Shown here piece after piece: positions 54,315 to 63,834 of a stretch of 64,000 bases of DNA. The notes beneath the pieces were generated by a model, which worked only from the letters and a program-made list of their open reading frames with translations, made no database searches and was not told the origin of the DNA. Made by a program: the position numbers and the translations under genes. This DNA comes from an uncultured Rhodothermales bacterium (lineage in GTDB: Bacteria; Bacteroidota; Rhodothermia; Rhodothermales; Rubricoccaceae), in contig CAZOJJ010000008.1 of NCBI GenBank assembly GCA_964580105.1, positions 1,358 through 65,357 of the forward strand, read 5' to 3'. Each line of letters begins with the position of its first letter. The stretch's first letter is position 1.

Positions 54315-55424
54315 TCACCTCATCCGTACGATCACCTCCCGACCGTACTGCAGACCGACTACCTCGCAGGCCATCTTGATAATGTTTTCCATTTTTTGAT
54401 GGCTAGCGTTTGTCATGAGCCAGTAACCTGGCTTCACTTCGGCCGTCGTACTCGGGCTGACGAACGAAGGATCATTAGGGTAGAGGGCCTCAGGACTACG
54501 AGCTAGATATCGGCGTGTCCGACCGTGCTCAGGAATTGCAATGAAGCAAGCGAGGAAGCTGGGGTCTCGCTTGTCCAGGGCCTGGAACAATTTGACCAGG
54601 ACATCGCGGCCATTGCGGGCGGGCACGAACGTTCCGTCCAACATGAAGCCGCGCTCCGGCAGATCGCCCGCCTCGGCCACGCGTCCGGGGCGCTCAGGTC
54701 GCCGCCGAGGCACGCGGCTTCGCTGGGGTGGGGTGGCGGTCTGCGCAGCCTCGCGCTCGGGTAACCCGCCCAGCGACCGCAGGTACTCGATCACGTCGGC
54801 GCGCTCGGGCTTGTACCCACTCGTGCTCTCGACCTCGTCCACGATCAGATCGACCAGCCGCTCGTCGGCGGCACTAACCAACTGGCCCCAGGCGCGGGGG
54901 AGCGCGTCTTTCGCCTCGCGCCGCTGGCGGGCGCGCTGGTAGTCGTGCCGGGCTCGTTCGTACGCCTCACCGCTGACGACGGCCTCGTACTCGAGGTAGC
55001 GCTGGAGCCGCTCGGCACTTTCCGAAGGCTCGCGTTCGAGGAGGTTGAGGAGGTAAACTCTTCGCTCCTGGTAGCTGCCCTGCTCGGCCGGAAGGTAGAA
55101 GTGCCACGTCGCCCCGTCCGTCAGCACCGCCATCGGGACGCCGACGTGGAACGCGTACTCGAAGAGCTGCCGGTCGGCGCCGTCGCTCTGCCCGGGCTGC
55201 TTGACTTCGACGAACACCGTCGGTCCCCGGTTCGTGAGGAGCGCGAAGTCAACCCGTCGCCCTTGCAGGCTGTACTCCGGCGCGACGACGCGGGGATCGA
55301 AGACCGGCCATCCGAGCGCGTCAAGGATGGGAAGAACGACGCCGCTGCTGACGGCGGCTTCGTTGGCGAGGCGGCCGTCGGCCAGCATGGGCCGGATGTT
55401 CTTGATGCGATCGAGCAGATCCAT
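54315..55424 (-). CDS. PD-(D/E)xK nuclease-fold protein (type I restriction HsdR N-terminal-like domain) with a coiled-coil middle and an unknown C-terminal domain
   Basis: NEAAVSSGVVLPILDALGWPVF...GRRVDFALLTNRGPTVFVEVKQPG carries the D...E-x-K core typical of HSDR_N-type domains. The middle is Arg/Glu-rich and helical. I do not recognise the C-terminal ~110 aa (FMLDGTFVPARNGRDVLVKLF...GYWLMTNASHQKMENIIKMA). Confidence 0.7.
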   Translation of the reverse strand: MDLLDRIKNIRPMLADGRLANEAAVSSGVVLPILDALGWPVFDPRVVAPEYSLQGRRVDFALLTNRGPTVFVEVKQPGQSDGADRQLFEYAFHVGVPMAVLTDGATWHFYLPAEQGSYQERRVYLLNLLEREPSESAERLQRYLEYEAVVSGEAYERARHDYQRARQRREAKDALPRAWGQLVSAADERLVDLIVDEVESTSGYKPERADVIEYLRSLGGLPEREAAQTATPPQRSRVPRRRPERPGRVAEAGDLPERGFMLDGTFVPARNGRDVLVKLFQALDKRDPSFLACFIAIPEHGRTRRYLARSPEALYPNDPSFVSPSTTAEVKPGYWLMTNASHQKMENIIKMACEVVGLQYGREVIVRMR

Positions 55425-55536
55425 GCGGCGTGGGGCGATGGGATGGAAAGATAGATCAGGGCGTTGTAGGTGAGGGCGCGTCCGATTCGGCGTTGCGCCC
55501 TACCTTGATCGTCCTCTCTCGCTTTCCAATCCATCC

Positions 55537-56190
55537 ATGCGCCACACCCTGCTCCTTCGCTTCGCGGTGCCCTTCGGGGTTCTCGTTGCCCTGACCCTCG
55601 CCGCCTGCGCCGACGACCCGGCCACCACCCCCGGCGCTCCCGATACCGCCCCCGAGGCCGAGGCGCCCACTCCCTCCGCCTCGGGCGGGGCCGCCTGCCT
55701 CGTCGGCACCTGGCAGGCCGACGTGGAGTCCGTCTACGGCCCCGACTTCTGGGAACGCATCATGCCCCGCGAGAACGGCGACTTCGCGTTCGAGTTTGCC
55801 GGCTCCGAGGGGCGCGCACTCGTCACCTTCGGCCCCGACGGCGCCTTCCGCCAGCGCTTCGAGGACTTCACCGTCTCCATCGACGCCGCCATGCCGATGG
55901 GGCAGATGCGGAGCACCGTTGCCATGGACGGCACCGCCGAGGGCACCTACTCCGTCCATGGCGACCGCCTCGACATGACGCCGGGCACGGCCCACGTCTC
56001 CGTGACGAGCAGCGCGACGATGGACGGCCGCGAGATGGGCACGGCCGACCTCCCGTTCAACGACCTGTTCACCTCGGAGGCGGGCGCGGTCGTCACCTTC
56101 ACCTGCTCCGGCGACGAGCTGCTCGTCGACATCGAGGTGCCCGATTCGGAAATCGACTTCGAGGACATCCGCTACGTCCGCGCCGAATAG
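55537..56190 (+). CDS. Lipoprotein, function unknown
   Basis: Lipobox LTLAAC, a Pro/Ala-rich linker, then a beta-rich ~150-aa domain (CLVGTWQADVESVYG...VTFTCSGDELLVDI). Confidence 0.7.
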   Translation: MRHTLLLRFAVPFGVLVALTLAACADDPATTPGAPDTAPEAEAPTPSASGGAACLVGTWQADVESVYGPDFWERIMPRENGDFAFEFAGSEGRALVTFGPDGAFRQRFEDFTVSIDAAMPMGQMRSTVAMDGTAEGTYSVHGDRLDMTPGTAHVSVTSSATMDGREMGTADLPFNDLFTSEAGAVVTFTCSGDELLVDIEVPDSEIDFEDIRYVRAE

Positions 56191-56314
56191 AGAGAGGCGG
56201 CGCCCTCGTCGGAGGAGGCCAGCGACGGAGAGGAGGGCGGAGGCGGCGGGCGCGTGAGGAGACGCCCGGCGCGCCGGGCGTGGGCTACCTTGCCGCAGAC
56301 CCGCACCCGCCGCC

Positions 56315-57445
56315 GTGACCCTCGCCGACTTCCGCGCTCAGTTCCCCCACACCGACGACCTCGTCTACCTCGACCACGCCGCCACCGGGCCGCTCTCGCG
56401 CCGCGTGATGGACGCCCTCGACGGCTTCTTCGCGCAGCGGCACCGCACGCAGCCGAACAACTACGCCGACGTGATGCCGACGCTGGTGCGGGGCCGGGAG
56501 CGGCTGGCCGCTCTCCTCGGCACCGAAGCGGGGCAGGTCGAGTACGTGCCCAATACGTCGTACGGCCTCAACGTGCTGGCGCTCGGCTACCCGTGGCAGG
56601 CGGGCGACCGCGTGGCCCTCCCGGCGTGCGAGTTTCCGGCCAACGTGCAGCCGTGGTTCGGCGCCCGCGAGCGCTACGGCGTCGAGGTGGACCTCATCCC
56701 GCACCAGCGAGGGACGTTCACGGTCGAGGACGTGGAGCGGGTGCTGCGGCCCGAGACGCGCGTGCTGGCCGTCTCGTGGGTGCAGTTCCTCTCCGGCTTT
56801 CGGTGTGACCTCGCCGGCCTCGCGGCGCTCTGCCGCGACCGGGGCGTCGTCCTCGCCGTGGATGCCATCCAGGGGCTCGGCGCCCTCCGCCTCGACGCCG
56901 AGGCGGCCGGGGTGGACTTCCTCGCGTGCGGCGGCCAGAAGTGGATGCTCGCCACGCAGGGGAGCGCCTTCGTGTACCTCCGCGCCGACCTGATGGAGCG
57001 GATCACGCCCGTACGCGGCTGGCTGGGCGGGCCGGTGGACTGGGACGACTTCGGCGCGTTCACCGACGAACTCCACCCGGACGCCACGCGCTTCCGCGTC
57101 GGCACGCTGAATACGGCCGGGTGCCTGGCGCTGGACGCCGCCGCCGGCCTCTTTCTGGAGGTAGGGCCCGAAGCCGTCGAAGCGCGCGTGCTGGATCTCG
57201 CCGCCCGCCTCGCCGACGGCCTCGACCGGCTGGGCTTCCGCCGCTACGGCTCGGCCGACCCCGCCCACGCCTCCGGCATCGTCGCCGTCGAGGCGCCCGA
57301 TCCCGAAGGGCTCCACGCGCACCTGACGGCGCGGGGCATCCACGCCTCCGTCCGCAATCGCACGTTGCGCTTCGCCCCGCACGCCTACAACACCGAGGAC
57401 GAGATCGGCGCGGCCCTGGAAGCGGTGGCGAGCTACAGGACGTGA
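56315..57445 (+). CDS. Class V aminotransferase-fold PLP enzyme (cysteine desulfurase-like)
   Basis: VYLDHAATGPLS, VSWVQFLSGFRCDL, AVDAIQGLGALRLD, and ACGGQKWMLATQGSAFVY (the PLP lysine in QKW). The start is GTG at 56315. Confidence 0.82.
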   Translation: MTLADFRAQFPHTDDLVYLDHAATGPLSRRVMDALDGFFAQRHRTQPNNYADVMPTLVRGRERLAALLGTEAGQVEYVPNTSYGLNVLALGYPWQAGDRVALPACEFPANVQPWFGARERYGVEVDLIPHQRGTFTVEDVERVLRPETRVLAVSWVQFLSGFRCDLAGLAALCRDRGVVLAVDAIQGLGALRLDAEAAGVDFLACGGQKWMLATQGSAFVYLRADLMERITPVRGWLGGPVDWDDFGAFTDELHPDATRFRVGTLNTAGCLALDAAAGLFLEVGPEAVEARVLDLAARLADGLDRLGFRRYGSADPAHASGIVAVEAPDPEGLHAHLTARGIHASVRNRTLRFAPHAYNTEDEIGAALEAVASYRT

Positions 57446-57517
57446 TGCCTATCACGTAGTGCGTGAGAGCATCGCGGCCATCTCCCAGACGGGATGCGAA
57501 ATACGCAAGCGTACACC

Positions 57518-58615
57518 ATGCCCGAAGAGAAGCAGGAAACCCTCGTCGAGATCGTCGTGCCGCCGGGGCAGGCGCCGGGGCAGCGGCTCGACGTGTACCT
57601 GACGAGCAAGCTGCCGAACGCGACGCGGGCGAAGGTGCAGCGCGGCATCAGAGAGGGACGGGTGGACGTGAACGGCGCGCCGCAGACGAGGCCCTCGACC
57701 CCCGTCCAGCCCGGCGACCGCATCGTCTGCCGCATCCTCCGGCCGCCGCCCATCGAGGTCGCCCCCGAGCCGATCCCGCTCGACGTGGTCTACGAGGACG
57801 CCCGGCTCCTCGTCGTCAACAAGCCCGCCGGGATGGTGGTGCACCCGGCCTACGGCCACCGCAGCGGCACCCTCGTCAACGCCCTCCTGCACCACGTCGG
57901 CGCCGGACCGCTGTCGGCCGACGACCTCGCCGAGGACGACGCCGAGGACGACGCCGAGGACGAGGAGGTCGGCCTGTCCACGGCCACCGCCGCACCCCGC
58001 TTCGAGGGCGACCTCACGATCCGCCCCGGCCTCGTCCACCGACTCGACAAGGACACCTCCGGTCTCCTCGTCGTGGCCAAGGACGACGCCGCGCACGCCG
58101 CGCTGGCGGCGCAGTTCGAGCAGCGCACGATCCGCCGCCGCTACCTCGCGCTCGTCTGGGGCGTCCCCGATCCGCCCGAGGGCCGTCTCGAAACGTGGCT
58201 CGGCCGCGACCCGCGCGACCGGAAGCGCGTCGCCGTGCGCCCGGAGGGCGAGGGGAAGTGGGCGGCGACGAACTACGAGACCGTCGAGGCCTTCGCGTTC
58301 ACCGCGCTCGTGCGCTTCCGGCTGGAGACGGGGCGGACGCACCAGATCCGCGTCCACGCCCGCCACCTCGGCCACCCGATCCTCAACGACGCCACCTACG
58401 GCGGGGACCGCATCGTCGCCGGGCCGGACATCCAGCGGCGCCGCGCCTTCTTCCGCAACCTCTTCGCGGCGATGCCCCGACAGGCCCTCCACGCCCACAC
58501 CCTCGGCTTCCGCCACCCCGAGACGGGGGACGAGCTGGACTTCGAGGCGCCGCTCCCGGACGACATGGCGTTCGTGCTCGGTCGGCTCCGGGAGGTCGAG
58601 GGCGGGGCGGGTTAA
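57518..58615 (+). CDS. rluD: RluA/RluD-family 23S rRNA pseudouridine synthase with an acidic insertion
   Basis: An S4 domain (RLDVYLTSKLPNATRAKVQRGIREGRVDVNG), then VVNKPAGMVVHP, the catalytic HRLDKDTSGLLVVAK, and GRTHQIRVH. ATG 57518 is preferred over 57494. Confidence 0.9.
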   Translation: MPEEKQETLVEIVVPPGQAPGQRLDVYLTSKLPNATRAKVQRGIREGRVDVNGAPQTRPSTPVQPGDRIVCRILRPPPIEVAPEPIPLDVVYEDARLLVVNKPAGMVVHPAYGHRSGTLVNALLHHVGAGPLSADDLAEDDAEDDAEDEEVGLSTATAAPRFEGDLTIRPGLVHRLDKDTSGLLVVAKDDAAHAALAAQFEQRTIRRRYLALVWGVPDPPEGRLETWLGRDPRDRKRVAVRPEGEGKWAATNYETVEAFAFTALVRFRLETGRTHQIRVHARHLGHPILNDATYGGDRIVAGPDIQRRRAFFRNLFAAMPRQALHAHTLGFRHPETGDELDFEAPLPDDMAFVLGRLREVEGGAG

Positions 58616-58702
58616 CTCCTCGGGAAGGCGCCGGGGCGCGGACCACGCTGGGAGCCCGGCCGTATCTTGCGCGGTTCCACTCGCCTCTCGTCACCGCACC
58701 GC

Positions 58703-59185
58703 ATGCTCCCCACCGGCACCGTCTCCCTCTCCGACCTGCTCACGCCCTCGCGGGTGCGGGTAGGCCTTCCGGGTACGGACAAGGAGGCCCTCATCAACGG
58801 CGTGGTCAACCTGCTCCGCGGTGCGCCCGAGGTGCGCGACCTCGACGGCCTCCGGGCCGACGTGTTCGCCCGCGAGGCCGTGATGTCGACGGGGGTGGGG
58901 AAGGGGCTGGCCCTCCCGCATGCGCGCACGCGCGCCGTCTCCGACACCGTGGCCGCCTTCGCCGTGACGGCCGAGCCGGTGGACTACCAGGCGCTCGACG
59001 GCGAGCCCGTCCGCCTCGTCTTCCTTCTCTGCGGCCCCGACGAGGTGCGCGGCACCCACATCAAGCTGCTCAGCCGCATCTCCCGGCTGATGAACGACGA
59101 CGCCTTCCGCGCCCGCCTCCGCGACGCGCCGGACGCCGCCGCGGTCATCGCTGCCTTCCGCGACGCCGAAGAACGGATCGGTTGA
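58703..59185 (+). CDS. ptsN: PTS EIIA(Ntr)-type regulatory protein
   Basis: LSDLLTPSRVRVGL...REAVMSTGVGKGLALPHAR...PVRLVFLLCGPDE...HIKLLSRISRLM is the fructose/nitrogen-type IIA fold, with the phosphorylatable His in LPHAR. Confidence 0.85.
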   Translation: MLPTGTVSLSDLLTPSRVRVGLPGTDKEALINGVVNLLRGAPEVRDLDGLRADVFAREAVMSTGVGKGLALPHARTRAVSDTVAAFAVTAEPVDYQALDGEPVRLVFLLCGPDEVRGTHIKLLSRISRLMNDDAFRARLRDAPDAAAVIAAFRDAEERIG

Positions 59186-59196
59186 CCGCCTCCTCC

Positions 59197-60477
59197 ATGT
59201 TCCAGTCCGTTCGCGGCACCTTCGACGTGCTCCCCGACGCCCAGGATCTGGGCGGTACGACGATCCCCGGCTCGGCCGCGTGGCGGCACGTCGAGGGCGT
59301 GGTGCGCGGTGTCATGGAGCGGTTCGGATTCGAGGAGATCCGCACGCCGATTCTGGAGCCGCTCGGGCTCATCGCGCGCGGCGTCGGGCAGACGACGGAC
59401 ATCGTGCAGAAGGAGATGTTCGTCGTCCCCCGCGAGGACGAGGACTACGTGCTCCGCCCCGAGGTCACGGCCCCCACGATGCGCGCCTACCTGGAGCACC
59501 GCCTCGACCAGCGCGGCGGCGCGCAGCGGCTCTACTACCTCGGCCCCTGCTTCCGCGCCGAGCGCCCGCAGAAGGGGCGCTACCGCCAGTTCCACCAGTT
59601 CGGCATCGAGCTCCTCGGCGCCGCCTCGCCGCTGGCCGACGCGGAGGCGGTCGCCTGCCTGCGCGCCGTCTACGACGCCTTCGGCATCGCCGGGACGCGC
59701 CTGCGGCTGAACACCCTCGGCGACGCCGACACGCGCCCGGCCTACCGCGAGGCGCTCCGGGCCTACTTCGAGCCCTTCAAAGGCCGCCTCTCCGAGACGA
59801 GCCGCCAGCGCCTGGAGACGAACCCGCTCCGCATCCTCGACACCAAAGACGAGAACGAGCGCGCGCTCCTCACCGACGCCCCCCGCCTCGGCGACTTTCT
59901 GGGCGAAGCGGCCCGCGCCCACTTCGACGCCGTGAAGGGCTACCTCGACGGCCTCGGCATCCCGTACGTCGAGGACCCGCTGCTGGTGCGCGGGCTCGAC
60001 TACTACACCGGCGTCGTGTTCGAGCTGGAGTCCGACGCGCTCGGTGCGCAGAGTGCGCTGGCGGCGGGCGGGCGCTACGACGGCCTGGCGGCCTCGGTGG
60101 GCGGGAAGCAGCCGGTCCCGGCCGTGGGCTGGGCGGCGGGCATCGAGCGGCTGTTCATCGCGCTCGACGCCCACGGCTACGCCTTCCCCGAGGCGGGCCG
60201 CCCCGACGCCTTCCTCGTGGCGCTCGGCGACGAGGCGCAGGCGTGGGCCTTCGCCGAGGCGCAGCGGCTCCGCGCCGCCGGGCTGGCCGTCGGCTACGAC
60301 CTCCTCGGGCGCTCGATGAAGGCGCAGATGAAGGAGGCCAACCGGCAACAGGCCCGGCGCGCCGTCCTCGTAGGCTCCGACGAACTGGCCGCCGGCGAGG
60401 CCACCGTGCGCGACCTCGACTCGTCCGAGCAGCGGCGCGTACCTTTCCACGCGCTCACCGACGCGCTGATGGGGTAG
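59197..60477 (+). CDS. hisS: Histidine--tRNA ligase
   Basis: RGTFDVLP, FEEIRTPILE, LRPEVTAPTMRAY, YYLGPCFRAERPQKGRYRQFHQFGIE, and GGRYDGL. Confidence 0.96.
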   Translation: MFQSVRGTFDVLPDAQDLGGTTIPGSAAWRHVEGVVRGVMERFGFEEIRTPILEPLGLIARGVGQTTDIVQKEMFVVPREDEDYVLRPEVTAPTMRAYLEHRLDQRGGAQRLYYLGPCFRAERPQKGRYRQFHQFGIELLGAASPLADAEAVACLRAVYDAFGIAGTRLRLNTLGDADTRPAYREALRAYFEPFKGRLSETSRQRLETNPLRILDTKDENERALLTDAPRLGDFLGEAARAHFDAVKGYLDGLGIPYVEDPLLVRGLDYYTGVVFELESDALGAQSALAAGGRYDGLAASVGGKQPVPAVGWAAGIERLFIALDAHGYAFPEAGRPDAFLVALGDEAQAWAFAEAQRLRAAGLAVGYDLLGRSMKAQMKEANRQQARRAVLVGSDELAAGEATVRDLDSSEQRRVPFHALTDALMG

Positions 60478-60523
60478 GGGACCACGCCTCTCGTCCTTCG
60501 ACCTTCGACCTTTCCCCTCCGGG

Positions 60524-61504
60524 ATGTACCCCCGCCTGACCGACCTGCTCCAGGACCTCTTCGGCATCGACCTCCCGCTGCCGATCTACTCGTTCGGGTT
60601 CATGGTGGCCGTCGCCATCGTGACGGCGGCGTGGCTGACGAAGCGGGAGCTCGACCGGATGCACGCGGCCGGCCAGCTCGCCTCGGTCACCGTCAAGGAG
60701 AAAGACCCGAAGGGGCGGGAGCGGACGGTGAAGGCGAGCCCGTCCGCCCTCGTGTGGACCATCATGCTGCTGGCGGCGGGCTTCGGCATCGCCGGCTCGA
60801 AGCTGTTCTACCTCTTCGAGCAGCCGGGCACGTTCCTCGACGATCCCCTCGGGACCCTCTTCAGCCCGGCCGGGCTCACGTTCTACGGCGGCCTCATCTG
60901 CGCCGGGCTCGCCATTGCCTACTACGTCCGCAAGAAGGGGCTCGCCGTGCCGCGCGTGGCCGACGCCGTCGCCCCCTCGCTCATCCTCGGCTACGGCATC
61001 GGCCGCATCGGCTGCTACCTCGCCGGCGACGGCGACTGGGGCAAGTGCTCGGCGCTCTCGCAGAAGCCGGCGTGGATCCCCGACTTCCTCTGGAGCGAGA
61101 CGTTTCCGCGCAACATCCTCGGCGTGGACGTGAAGACGTGGCAGCCGCCGGGGAGCGTGAGCCAGTGCGACCTGCCCCCGGAGATCGTGACGGGCGTCTA
61201 CCCGACGATGCTCTACGAGTTCGCGATGGCCGTCGTCATCTTCGCGATCCTGTGGGTGCTGCGGGCGCACCCGTTCAAGGCGGGCTGGCTGTTCTCGCTC
61301 TACCTCGTCTTCAACGGGATCGAGCGGTTCCTGATCGAGCTGGTCCGCCTCAACCCCGTCGTCGTCGTCGGGCTCTCGCAGGCGCAGCTGATCGCCCTGC
61401 TGCTCGTCGTGCTCGGCCTCGTAGGCCTCGCGCTGACGACGCGCCGGGCCTCCGGCGCCCCGCCTTCGGCCGAGCCGGCCGCGCCCGCCTCGGCCGCCGC
61501 GTAG
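60524..61504 (+). CDS. lgt: Prolipoprotein diacylglyceryl transferase
   Basis: FGFMVAVAIV...GLTFYGGLI...LGYGIGRIGCYLAGD...YPTMLYEF...LVFNGIERFLIELVR are Lgt signature motifs. There is a longer than usual periplasmic insert. Confidence 0.88.
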   Translation: MYPRLTDLLQDLFGIDLPLPIYSFGFMVAVAIVTAAWLTKRELDRMHAAGQLASVTVKEKDPKGRERTVKASPSALVWTIMLLAAGFGIAGSKLFYLFEQPGTFLDDPLGTLFSPAGLTFYGGLICAGLAIAYYVRKKGLAVPRVADAVAPSLILGYGIGRIGCYLAGDGDWGKCSALSQKPAWIPDFLWSETFPRNILGVDVKTWQPPGSVSQCDLPPEIVTGVYPTMLYEFAMAVVIFAILWVLRAHPFKAGWLFSLYLVFNGIERFLIELVRLNPVVVVGLSQAQLIALLLVVLGLVGLALTTRRASGAPPSAEPAAPASAAA

Positions 61505-61506
61505 CG

Positions 61507-62940
61507 ATGGCCCGCCGCTATCCCGACCTTCGCGCGCTGCTCGACCGGGCCAACGACGCCGTCGAAGCGTGGGAGGCGCGCTGGGGGGCGTTCGAGCCCC
61601 ACCCGGCGCTGGCCGTCGAGGAGGACCGGCTGGCCGAGGCGCTCGACGCCTACCTCGCCCGGCTGACGGCCCCGCCCGCCGCCGACGGGGGTACCTACCC
61701 GTTCTTCCATCCGCGCTATGCGGGGCAGATGCTCAAGCCGCCGCATCCGGTGGCCGTCGCCGCCTACGCCGCGGCGATGCGCGTCAACCCGAACAACCAC
61801 GCCCTCGACGGCGGCCCGCCGACCGGCCGGATGGAGAAGGAGGTCGTGGCCGACCTCGCGGCGATGCTCGGCTTGCCCGAGGGCACGCTCGGCCACCTCA
61901 CCGGCGGCGGCACCGTGGCGAACCTCGAAGCCCTGTTCGTCGCCCGCCAGCTGCACCCGGAGCAGGGCATCGCCTACGGCACGGACGCGCACTACACGCA
62001 CGGCCGCATGGCCGAGGTGCTGCGGATGGACGCACACCCGGTGGCGGCCACGCCGGAGGGCCGCATCGACCTGGGCGCGCTGGAGGAGGTGCTGAAGACC
62101 GGGGCGGTCGGCACCGTCGTGCTCACCGCCGGGACGACCGGCCTCGGCGCCGTCGATCCCATCGCCGAGGCACTGCCGCTGCTGCGGCGCTACGGCGCAC
62201 GCCTCCACGTGGACGCCGCCTACGGCGGTTTTTTCGTTGTGCTCGCCGCCCTACGGGCGGACGAGCGCGAGGCGAGAGGGTACGCCACCTTCCCCGCCGA
62301 GCACGTCCGCGCCATCGCCGAGGCGGACTCGGTCGTGGTGGACCCGCACAAGCACGGTCTCCAGCCCTACGGCTGCGGCGCCGTTCTCTTCCGCGACCCG
62401 GCTGTCGGCCGCTTCTACCGGCACGACTCGCCCTACACCTATTTCACGTCCGACGCGCTGCACCTCGGCGAGATCAGTCTGGAGTGTTCGCGTCCGGGCG
62501 CGGCGGCCGGGGCGCTCTGGCTGACGCTCCGCGCGCTTCCGCTGGAGGCCGACGACGGTCTCGGTCCCGTACTCGCCGCCGGCCTCCGCGCTGCAAGGAC
62601 ATGGGCAGCGCTGCTGAGCGACTCGGAGGCGCTCACCCTGTACACGCCGCCGGAGCTGGACATCGTCAGCTACTTCCCCGCGGCCCTGTCGCTCTCGGGC
62701 GTGGACGCCGCCAGCCGGGCCGTCTTCGACCGGGGCATGGCGACCGACGATCCCGTCTTCCTCAGCCTCTACCGGATGGGCGCCGACCGGCTGACGGCCA
62801 GGCATCCGCACCTGACGCCCGACCGGCCCCACGCCCGCATCCTGCGAAGCGTGCTGATGAAGCCCGAGCACGAGCGTCACGTTGCCTGGCTGCACCACCA
62901 CGTCGCGTCCCTTACCACCGCCACGCGAACCGATGTCTGA
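61507..62940 (+). CDS. Group II pyridoxal-dependent decarboxylase family protein
   Basis: HPRYAGQM, GHLTGGGTVANLEAL, LHVDAAYGG, and SVVVDPHKHGLQPYGCG (the PLP lysine). ATG 61507 lies 2 nt after the lgt stop. Confidence 0.82.
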   Translation: MARRYPDLRALLDRANDAVEAWEARWGAFEPHPALAVEEDRLAEALDAYLARLTAPPAADGGTYPFFHPRYAGQMLKPPHPVAVAAYAAAMRVNPNNHALDGGPPTGRMEKEVVADLAAMLGLPEGTLGHLTGGGTVANLEALFVARQLHPEQGIAYGTDAHYTHGRMAEVLRMDAHPVAATPEGRIDLGALEEVLKTGAVGTVVLTAGTTGLGAVDPIAEALPLLRRYGARLHVDAAYGGFFVVLAALRADEREARGYATFPAEHVRAIAEADSVVVDPHKHGLQPYGCGAVLFRDPAVGRFYRHDSPYTYFTSDALHLGEISLECSRPGAAAGALWLTLRALPLEADDGLGPVLAAGLRAARTWAALLSDSEALTLYTPPELDIVSYFPAALSLSGVDAASRAVFDRGMATDDPVFLSLYRMGADRLTARHPHLTPDRPHARILRSVLMKPEHERHVAWLHHHVASLTTATRTDV

Positions 62941-63712
62941 ATCCGACGGCCTGATCGTGGGCCGCAACCCCGTCCGCGAGGCGTTGGAGCGCCGGGACGG
63001 GCGGCTCGTAAAGGTGCTCCTCCAGCAGGGCACGCACGGCAGCCAGATCGACGCCATCCGGCGCGCTGCGAAGGAGGCCGGCGTGCCCGTCCAGGTCGTG
63101 CCCGGCGCTCGGCTCCAGAAGCTCGCCCCGAAGGCGAACCACCAGGGCGTCCTCGCCTTCGCCGCGCCCGTGGCCTACGTGGAACTGACCGACCTGCTCG
63201 AAGGTGTGGCCCCGACGCTCGACGCCGTGAAGGCCGCCAAGCCCGTCCTGCTCGTCCTCGACGGCATCGAGGACCCGCACAACTTCGGGGCGATCCTCCG
63301 CAGCGCCGTGGCCGCCGGGGCGGGCGGCGTGATCGTGCCCGAGCGGGGCCAGGCCCCGCTCAGCGCCACGACCGTCAAGGCCAGCGCCGGGACTGCCCTC
63401 CGCATCCCCATAGCGCGGGTGACGAACCTGGCCGAGACGCTCCACAGCCTCAAGGAGCGGGGCTACTGGGTCGTCGGCCTCGACCGGGGCGACGCCGAGG
63501 CGGAGGGGCCGGAGCGGACGACGGTGTGGGACTACGACTGGGACCGGCCCGTCGTCCTCGTCGTGGGCAGCGAGGGAGCGGGGATGCGCCCGCGCGTCCG
63601 TGCCACGTGCGACGTGCTCGCGGCGATCCCGATGCACGGTCCGGCGGAGAGCCTCAACGCCTCCGTGGCGGCGGGCATCGCGCTGTTCGCGGCCGTGCGG
63701 GGCCGGGCCTGA
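62933..63712 (+). CDS. rlmB: 23S rRNA (guanosine-2'-O)-methyltransferase RlmB (SpoU/TrmH family)
   Basis: GRNPVREAL, NHQGVLA, LDGIEDPHNFGAILRSA, LVVGSEGAGMR, IPMHGPAESLNASVAAGIALF. The ATG at 62933 overlaps the upstream gene by 8 nt. Confidence 0.92.
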   Translation: MSESDGLIVGRNPVREALERRDGRLVKVLLQQGTHGSQIDAIRRAAKEAGVPVQVVPGARLQKLAPKANHQGVLAFAAPVAYVELTDLLEGVAPTLDAVKAAKPVLLVLDGIEDPHNFGAILRSAVAAGAGGVIVPERGQAPLSATTVKASAGTALRIPIARVTNLAETLHSLKERGYWVVGLDRGDAEAEGPERTTVWDYDWDRPVVLVVGSEGAGMRPRVRATCDVLAAIPMHGPAESLNASVAAGIALFAAVRGRA

Positions 63713-63715
63713 ACC

Positions 63716-63749
63716 AACGACGCCGTGACCCGGAGGCCACGGCGTCGTT
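63716..63749 (+). terminator. Hairpin directly after rlmB
   Basis: Perfect 12-bp stem aacgacgccgtg / cacggcgtcgtt with a 10-nt loop, and no T-tract. A second 8-bp hairpin (63759-63783) faces the convergent gene. Confidence 0.5.
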
Positions 63750-63834
63750 CCCTCTGACCGGACGGGTGCGCAGTCCCCGTCCGTCTCTCACCCAATCCGC
63801 GGGTGCTCAGGGCCGGCGGAAGCGGCGAAGCGCC

